From the NCBI GenBank assembly GCA_910588895.1, contig CAJUSS010000003.1, positions 1,050-65,049 on the forward strand: DNA of 64,000 bases, given 5' to 3'. Origin of the DNA: an uncultured Lachnospiraceae bacterium. Its GTDB lineage: Bacteria; Bacillota; Clostridia; Lachnospirales; Lachnospiraceae. The notes under the pieces are model-generated. The model ran no database searches. It saw only the letters and a program-made list of their open reading frames with translations, and was not told the DNA's origin. Numbering within the stretch: the stretch's first letter is position 1; every line of letters starts with the position of its first letter. The position numbers and the translations under genes were made by a program. Shown piece after piece: positions 57,446 to 64,000 of this stretch.

Positions 57446-58156
57446 CTATGTTCCCCCATCGATGTGGCATACCTGCCGCAGCTCCTCTCCCCCGCAGACC
57501 GCGATCACATATCTCTGTACCCAGAGCAGTTGTACAAACCTCCACTTTTTCCCGTCTCCCCTCTCCCCCCCGGTCCACACCGGCTCTGACCGAAGGACTT
57601 GCACAGTGCTCCCCGGATCGGTACAGCCTGCCCTTTGTGAAGGTCGGCTCAAGGAAAACTCTGCCTTTGTAAAGTCCATGCCCAGCCCCACGCCCAGGGC
57701 CTTGGCATAGCTTTCTTTCAGTGTCCAGAAACGGAAAAGCGCCTCTTCTCTTTGCTCCTTTGGCAGGCCTTCCAGATAGGCCCTCTCTCTGCGGCTCAGC
57801 ATCCGCGCGGTGGAGCAAAGCTTTACCGGACGGAGCATCTCCACATCCACACCTATGGGCGAGGCGCCCAGTGCGCATACCGCGATATCCCCGCTGTGGC
57901 TGATGTTAAAGTGGATGTGCGGGTACGCAGACAGGTATGGCTTGCCCTTTTCCCCCGCCTGTATTTTAGAAGCCAGGTCACCGGCCTCCAGGCCAAAGTG
58001 CTGGTGCAGGCCAGTCTTTAAGAGGGATAGCCCGGCCTGGTGCTCAAGCTGGTGCTTTTCGCGGCCCGTGCTCCCTTTGGGGACCGTGAACTTCCTTATA
58101 TAGAGGACAGCCCCATTTTTTTTCGCTCCCATATCTGCTCCTATATCTGTCCTCAT
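57446..58156 (-). CDS. Sfp-type 4'-phosphopantetheinyl transferase
   Basis: GKP, FNISHSG, IGVDVE, FWTLKESYAKALG; start uncertain (58162, 58156 or 58132). Confidence 0.92.
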   Translation of the reverse strand: MRTDIGADMGAKKNGAVLYIRKFTVPKGSTGREKHQLEHQAGLSLLKTGLHQHFGLEAGDLASKIQAGEKGKPYLSAYPHIHFNISHSGDIAVCALGASPIGVDVEMLRPVKLCSTARMLSRRERAYLEGLPKEQREEALFRFWTLKESYAKALGVGLGMDFTKAEFSLSRPSQRAGCTDPGSTVQVLRSEPVWTGGERGDGKKWRFVQLLWVQRYVIAVCGGEELRQVCHIDGGT

Positions 58157-58263
58157 ACACATGCCTCCTTAAGCTGCTGGTATCTCGCCCGATTTTATAG
58201 CTACATATGATCTATGACCACATTTTGGCCTGCCGTTTTCTTTATAGCTACTTTGTGTCGGTT

Positions 58264-59325
58264 TTATATCCGTGCTCCCCTTGTTTCCAATCTAAGCCCC
58301 AGCAGCCTGGCTGAGACCGGGCGATAACAGAGCTCCAGTATACATCCGATCCCCAAGGCCATGCCAAAGGACAGGAGGGATAAAGCCAGCCAGCAGCCCC
58401 AGCCTTTTAAGCCGTCGGGCAGATATCCGGCCAGCCTGCCTGCGATCACGCTCTGTGTCAGGCCATGCATCAGGTAGATGTAGAAAGAACGGCGGCCTAT
58501 AAAGGAGATGCACTTCGAAAGCCGGTCCGCAAAGCGCTTCCAATAGACCGTGGCGGTCAGATAGACCGCTGTAGTCATAAAGATCATGGTCGCCGAATAG
58601 TCGTGCAGAGCCGGGTTTTCTTTTTCCCAAAAACAGATCTCCCAGACAGAGACAATAAACGCGCCCAGCCCGGCCAGGAGGAAGGCTCTCCGCCCCCCGC
58701 CACTCAGCTCCAGGCTATCGATCAGATAACCCAGGATGCAGTAAAATACCCAGCTGTAAAATGGATAGGAGGTCAAAGCCATCTCCAGATGAAAGATCTG
58801 GTATACATCCTGGACAAAAAAGTATCCGATCGTGAGCGCCATCAGCACCGCTTTCTCTCGCCTCCCCATACCCGCAAACATCCGGGCCAGAAAGGGGACT
58901 GCCAGATAAAAACCGGTCAGTGCATAGACAAACCACAGATAGCCCTGGATATGGCTCTGGAGCAGATCCTTGGCAAAGGTCTTCCAGTGGGGCCCTAAGT
59001 CTCCCCACCCCCATCCATATACATAGACATAATAAAAAAGGGAAACCGCCAGCACCGGGATACCGATCTTCACGAACCGTTTCCAATAGGACCGGCCGAT
59101 CTGGCCATCATAGCGCTCCAATAAGAAACGTCCACTGATCATGAAAAACAGTCCGTTGCTGGTCAGGAGCAGGTTGCGGATGACCTCGTGGAGATGAAAG
59201 GCCTTAAGATCCCCGGCCGGGACCAACTCCACCACATCCATCATATGGATCCCGATCACCATGAGGATCGCCATGCTCTTTAAAAGATCGTATTCCGCTT
59301 TCTGGCGCTTATCTGTCTCTGCCAT
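58264..59325 (-). CDS. Acyltransferase_3 family membrane acyltransferase
   Basis: DLLKSMAILMVIGIH, LFFMISG, YLWFVY, SFYIYLMH; about 10 TM. Confidence 0.88.
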   Translation of the reverse strand: MAETDKRQKAEYDLLKSMAILMVIGIHMMDVVELVPAGDLKAFHLHEVIRNLLLTSNGLFFMISGRFLLERYDGQIGRSYWKRFVKIGIPVLAVSLFYYVYVYGWGWGDLGPHWKTFAKDLLQSHIQGYLWFVYALTGFYLAVPFLARMFAGMGRREKAVLMALTIGYFFVQDVYQIFHLEMALTSYPFYSWVFYCILGYLIDSLELSGGGRRAFLLAGLGAFIVSVWEICFWEKENPALHDYSATMIFMTTAVYLTATVYWKRFADRLSKCISFIGRRSFYIYLMHGLTQSVIAGRLAGYLPDGLKGWGCWLALSLLSFGMALGIGCILELCYRPVSARLLGLRLETRGARI

Positions 59326-59525
59326 CTCTTTCCTCCCATCCTTTGTCTGTCCCTCTGCTGTCCTTCTGCTCAAAGCCCCCGCGTTCACATGAAGCTTGCA
59401 CCGCACAGGGAAACGGGTCATCCTGCGCCCGGCAAGCGGGTGTTCCGCTATGGATGAACGCCTGCCGGGCACATCTGGCATCTCAGGACTCAGACCGCCT
59501 GGTCGGCGGCGGACCATTATAGTTA

Positions 59526-59554
59526 AGTATGAAGGAAACCGCCACAGATGTCAA
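59526..59554 (-). promoter_or_regulatory. Promoter of the acyltransferase/PPTase unit (about 190-nt leader)
   Basis: TTGACA-N17-CATACT. Confidence 0.65.
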
Positions 59555-59706
59555 GGATAAAGGCGCGCCCATCTGGACTGGTCAAAAAGTCATATACTGG
59601 CTATATGAAACCATCCAGACAGATGCTATACTCTTGTTGCTTGACGATCCATAAACATGAGGATCGACGATCTGACATAAATACCAGGAAAGAAGAGGTG
59701 TCTACT

Positions 59707-60333
59707 ATGATGGGAAAAAGAACAGCTGCTGCCACGGATACTATGGGGTCTACGGACCGCATGCGCGCGGCAGGCTCTTCCAATGTTACTTCGATCGTGA
59801 CCACAGCGTTTTTCGCTGCCGTCATCTTTTTAGGGATCCAATCCTTCCGCATCCCCCTGCCGGCCGCCGTCGGTACGCCGTTTTTGCATTTCGGCCATAT
59901 CTTCGTCATGCTGGCGATCGTCTGCCTGGGGAGCCGCCGCTCCGCTGTCGCCGGTGTGCTGGGGCTGGTGATCTTTGACCTGCTCAACGGATATATCCAT
60001 TCGATACCCGATGTCTTTGTCAGCACCATCATCAAATGCTTTCTGATCGGCACGGTCTTTTCTATGCTGAAAAAGAAAGCCGGCGGGAATATCCACAAGG
60101 AATATCTGGCCGCCATCTTCTGTGCCGCCCTTTACGGGATCGTCAATATCGTGATCGACTTTATCTGGTCCGTGGCCGGACTCATGCTCCTTGGAAGCTC
60201 CCTTGCGGCTGCCTTCACTGCCGAGCTCACCTCGATCCCTGCCACGATGATCAATGCCGGGTTCACGGTGATCGGCATCACACTCTTATATGCTCCGATC
60301 ACTGCCGCCTACAAGCGGATACCGCAGAGGTAG
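59707..60333 (+). CDS. ECF transporter S component
   Basis: AxxxA motif (AFFAA), FLHFGH, FDLLNGY; multiple TM segments. Confidence 0.85.
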   Translation: MMGKRTAAATDTMGSTDRMRAAGSSNVTSIVTTAFFAAVIFLGIQSFRIPLPAAVGTPFLHFGHIFVMLAIVCLGSRRSAVAGVLGLVIFDLLNGYIHSIPDVFVSTIIKCFLIGTVFSMLKKKAGGNIHKEYLAAIFCAALYGIVNIVIDFIWSVAGLMLLGSSLAAAFTAELTSIPATMINAGFTVIGITLLYAPITAAYKRIPQR

Positions 60334-60442
60334 CTTAACGATAGCGCTCCATGAGCGAAGGCGTTCAGGACATCTGCCCTGGAACCTCAGCGTTCTTTCA
60401 AGCAGCGGGCCGGACAGGAAAGGCCCGGATCAAGGAGGGACT

Positions 60443-61618
60443 ATGGATATCGATATGAAGAAGATCCAGGCGCTGCTTTGCGACGCCCACCTGGACGGCT
60501 GGCTGTTCACCGATCTTCACGGCCAGGACCACATCACAAAGGACTTTCTGAAGCTGACCGACCGAAAATGCACCCGCCGGCTGTTCTACTATATCCCGGC
60601 TTCCGGCCGCCCTGTAAAGCTTTTGTCTGCCATCGAGCCCTTGTTGCTGGACCATCTGCCCGGCGAAAAGATCCTTTATAAAGGAAAGGAGGAGCAGTGC
60701 CAGGCACTGTCCCGCCTCCTGACCCCCGGGATGCGGCTGGCCTGCCAGTATTCCCCCGGCGGCAATGTGCCGACAGTCAGCACCCTGGATGCCGGCCTGG
60801 CCGAGCATCTGCGGTCCTTCGGCCCGGAGCTGGTCTCCTCCGCCGATCTGCTGCAGCATTTCGGCGCGGTCCTGACCGATGAGCAGATCCGCTCCCATCA
60901 GCGGGCCGGGGTCATCATCCATGGGATCTTAGATAAAACCTTCGCCTGGATACGGACCAGTCTGGACCGAGGGGACAGGCTCGATGAATGGATGCTCCTC
61001 AAAAAGATGGAGCAGCTCATCGCGCAGGAGGATATCTACATGGACTCCCCTCCGTTTTTCGGGATCGATGAGCACGGCTGCGATCCGGGCTATGAGCCAG
61101 GTCCCCACGGCTCCAAGGAGATCTTGGAGGGGAGCCGCCTGATCATCGATATCGCCGGCCGGCTCCCCCAGGAAGAGGCCATCTACTACGACGTTTCCTG
61201 GTGCATGAACATCGGCCCCAGGATCGATCCGGAGTACCAGCGCCTGTTCGATATCGTGGCCCATGCCCGCTCTCAAGCCACAGCCTATATCCAGGAACAT
61301 TTGGATGCCGGTATCCCGGTCCACGGCTGTGAAGTGGATGCACTGACCCGCCAGATCTTCCAGAAGGAACAGCTGGACCCGTACATCATGCACCGCACAG
61401 GCCACAGTATCGGACATACCTGTCATGGTGTGGGGGCCAACCTGGATGACTACGAGACCCACGACGACCGATGCCTCCTCCCCGGGACTATGTTCTCTGT
61501 AGAGCCGGGGCTCTATACAGACCGATACGGGGTCCGGCTGGAATATGATGTCCACATCACACTGGATAAAAGGCTGCAGATCTACGGCCCCATCCAGAAG
61601 GAGCTGCTGGTGATCTGA
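60443..61618 (+). CDS. M24-family metallopeptidase (Xaa-Pro aminopeptidase-like)
   Basis: Metal ligands IDIA..YDVS, HRTGHSIG, EPG, RLE. Confidence 0.88.
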   Translation: MDIDMKKIQALLCDAHLDGWLFTDLHGQDHITKDFLKLTDRKCTRRLFYYIPASGRPVKLLSAIEPLLLDHLPGEKILYKGKEEQCQALSRLLTPGMRLACQYSPGGNVPTVSTLDAGLAEHLRSFGPELVSSADLLQHFGAVLTDEQIRSHQRAGVIIHGILDKTFAWIRTSLDRGDRLDEWMLLKKMEQLIAQEDIYMDSPPFFGIDEHGCDPGYEPGPHGSKEILEGSRLIIDIAGRLPQEEAIYYDVSWCMNIGPRIDPEYQRLFDIVAHARSQATAYIQEHLDAGIPVHGCEVDALTRQIFQKEQLDPYIMHRTGHSIGHTCHGVGANLDDYETHDDRCLLPGTMFSVEPGLYTDRYGVRLEYDVHITLDKRLQIYGPIQKELLVI

Positions 61619-61684
61619 GCACAAGTCGCATTTGCTCAAAACATCCGGCAGTCCCATCACATATCCGAGACCATCCGGACAAAG

Positions 61685-61735
61685 AAAAGCCCGCTGCTCA
61701 CCTCCCTCAACAGGATGCCGCAGCGGGCTTTTTTT
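61685..61735. terminator. Bidirectional terminator
   Basis: AAAAGCCCGCTGC...GCAGCGGGCTTTTTTT. Confidence 0.85.
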
Positions 61736-61843
61736 ATCTTCTTCTCTCGTTCTCTTTTACGGATAGCTGATGGGGGGTTGGCTGATGCGGTTTTACGGCC
61801 TTGCCCCGGCTTCTGCGCTCCCGCTCTTTTTAGCTGCCTATAC

Positions 61844-64000
61844 TCAGTCTTCCTTCGGTCCATCCCCATCTGTCTTCAGATATTTCTGGAGCTGGAACAT
61901 CAGTTTTTCCATATCGATCGGCTTCGCCACATGGGCGTTCATCCCACACGCGAGGCAGTGCTGGATATCCTCCGAAAAGGCATCTGCGGTCATCGCGATG
62001 ATCGGTATATCTGCGTCTGGTCTGTCCAATGCCCGGATCGCTTGTGCCGCCTCGTAACCGTTCATGACCGGCATACGGATATCCATCAGGATCACATCAT
62101 AGGCCCCCGGAGCAGATGCCTGGAACTTCTCCAGACAGAGCTTCCCATTCTCCGCCCACTCGACCTCAAAGCCAGCCTCCAACAGGATCTCCTGGGCGAT
62201 CTCCCAATTGAGCTCATTATCCTCTGCCAGGAGGATGCGTTTGCCCACAAACTGCTGGAGGTCCTCTTCCTTCTCCTCCGGCTCTTCGATCCCATCGATA
62301 TACTTACTGAGTCCCAAGTAGAGATTGGACTTGAACAGCGGTTTTGAGATAAAGCCCTGGGCCCCTGCCTCACGGGCCTCATCCTCGATATCACTCCAGT
62401 CATAGGCAGAGATGATCAGGATCGGCACAGCGTCATTTACCCGTTTCCGGATCTCCTTTGTCGTCTCTAAGCCGTCCATGCCCGGCATCTTCCAATCCAG
62501 GAGGGCCACCTGATAATCATCATGCTCTCTATGATGCTTGTCCACCATCTCCACTGCCGTCGGGCCATCCAGCGCCCACTCGGCCTGGACGCCGATCTCC
62601 TTTAACATCGACACCGCACTGTCGCAGAGTTCGCGATTATTATCCACCACCAGCATCTTCCAGGGCGGGAGGACCATATCTTCTTCCGACACGACCGCTC
62701 TCTCCAGATCCAGGGTCACATGGAACTCGCTCCCCTTGCCCAGCTCACTCTCCAGCTCGATCGACCCCTCCATAGCATCTACGATATATTTCGTGATCGC
62801 CATGCCAAGGCCAGCGCCTTCGATCTTCTGTACCATGGAGGTATCCGCCCGGGTAAAGGTCTCGAAGATCTTCTCCTGGAACGTCCGGTCCATCCCGATA
62901 CCGGTATCCTTGACCCGGAAATGGCAGCGTATATAGTTCCCGCCTTTTGGAGAGGGCTCCTGATCCAGATAAACATTGACCTGTCCGCCCTCCGGCGTGA
63001 ACTTCACCGCATTGGACAACAGGTTCAGCAGGATCTGGTTCAGACGGACACTGTCGCAGTACACCTCTTCCGCCTCGATATTCTGGATAAAGATGTCAAA
63101 ATGCTGCTTCTTCATCTTGATCTGAGGCTGGACGATGTTCACGATGCTCTCCATAGTCTCCCGGAGCGAGAGGAGATACATGTTCAAGGACAATTTCCCG
63201 CTCTCGATCTTCGACATATCCAGGATATCATTGATCAGGCCTAATAAATGCTTGCTGGACAGTGTGATCTTCTTTAAACAATCCTGCACCCTCGCGTTGT
63301 CATCGATGTTCGTCAGGGCGATCGCCGTCATGCCCACGATCCCATTCATCGGCGTACGGATGTCATGGCTCATATTCGACAGGAACTCGCTCTTAGCCTT
63401 ATTGGCACGGATCGCTTCCTGACGGGCCTCGTTCAGCGCCTTCATCTGCTGCTGTGACATGGTAAAATAGATCCAAAAGATGCACAGCACCCCTAACAGG
63501 ATGATGCCGCAGCCGCCCAGCATGATCGACGTCCTCTGACTCCCCAGTGCATTGATCGCCACATCCAGGACACCGTTCGGCATGACCGATACCAGATACC
63601 ACTCCGACTTTTTAAGCTTCGAACAGTAGATATGACGATAGGTATCCTCGATCACGATCAGGTTCGAATAGACCTCCCCCGTCTCCATCGCCTGCCTCAT
63701 CTCTGCCACATACTGCTCCGGCTTTTTGCCATCATACTCGGAGTACATCTCATACATACGTTCGAAATAATTATCACGGTATGCGTCGCCGCTGCGGATC
63801 ACAAAGGTGCCGTCCTTGCGGATCACATGGGAATATAACAGGGAGTCGTCCCCTTCCAGGACCATGGCATCCTCCAGATAGGACATGGGGATCCCGGCCA
63901 CCAGCTCCGCGCTCTTTCCTCCGTCCTTCATCTCATACTCTGCAGGCACCATCATGATAAGGAGCTTTTCTCCCGTTCCGTCATAAGCGCTGGTCACGCT
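61844..64000 (-). CDS. Hybrid sensor histidine kinase with two receiver domains (5' end outside the window)
   Basis: SHDIRTP, NLLSNAVKFT, DTGIG, GLG, DWKMP and DIRMP receivers; frame open at the window edge. Confidence 0.93.
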   Translation of the reverse strand, partial: SVTSAYDGTGEKLLIMMVPAEYEMKDGGKSAELVAGIPMSYLEDAMVLEGDDSLLYSHVIRKDGTFVIRSGDAYRDNYFERMYEMYSEYDGKKPEQYVAEMRQAMETGEVYSNLIVIEDTYRHIYCSKLKKSEWYLVSVMPNGVLDVAINALGSQRTSIMLGGCGIILLGVLCIFWIYFTMSQQQMKALNEARQEAIRANKAKSEFLSNMSHDIRTPMNGIVGMTAIALTNIDDNARVQDCLKKITLSSKHLLGLINDILDMSKIESGKLSLNMYLLSLRETMESIVNIVQPQIKMKKQHFDIFIQNIEAEEVYCDSVRLNQILLNLLSNAVKFTPEGGQVNVYLDQEPSPKGGNYIRCHFRVKDTGIGMDRTFQEKIFETFTRADTSMVQKIEGAGLGMAITKYIVDAMEGSIELESELGKGSEFHVTLDLERAVVSEEDMVLPPWKMLVVDNNRELCDSAVSMLKEIGVQAEWALDGPTAVEMVDKHHREHDDYQVALLDWKMPGMDGLETTKEIRKRVNDAVPILIISAYDWSDIEDEAREAGAQGFISKPLFKSNLYLGLSKYIDGIEEPEEKEEDLQQFVGKRILLAEDNELNWEIAQEILLEAGFEVEWAENGKLCLEKFQASAPGAYDVILMDIRMPVMNGYEAAQAIRALDRPDADIPIIAMTADAFSEDIQHCLACGMNAHVAKPIDMEKLMFQLQKYLKTDGDGPKED

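Noticed and set aside
59400..59430. GCACAGGGAAAC as a c-di-GMP-I riboswitch
   Set aside because: Lacks the downstream GNRA/receptor and P2 elements and is on the strand opposite the predicted transcript.

Overview
Chromosomal window from a GC-rich (roughly 55% by eye) anaerobic Firmicute, most consistent with Lachnospiraceae (inferred from rnfCDGEAB, DUF5722-like, Cthe_2159-like and cell-wall-repeat proteins). Most of it is ordinary housekeeping: a cadC-HMA-cadA-oppA-ZIP metal cluster, an FMN-riboswitch rib operon, a VTC/DUF4956/Cthe_2159 operon, two MATE pumps, an NCS2 permease, clpA/thrH/clpS, tRNA-Ala(GGC), carB, rnf, a MarR-ABC exporter, a Pot-like ABC plus two deaminases, a PPTase/acyltransferase pair, an ECF S component plus M24 peptidase, and a hybrid kinase cut by the window end. 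The best candidate for an undescribed system is the first 2.5 kb. It holds a tyrosine-recombinase homologue whose box I catalytic Arg is replaced by Asp (absent from the ORF track), co-transcribed with a 59-aa protein that mimics the C-terminal domain of a divergently encoded XRE repressor (SinI/SinR-like logic). Between them lie an unannotated 37-aa hydrophobic ORF behind a near-consensus promoter and a strand-asymmetric RNA structure. Two patterns recur across the window: strong GATC over-representation, even in decayed DNA, and repeated in-frame low-complexity insertions in conserved enzymes. All family calls come from motif recognition by eye; no database searches were run.
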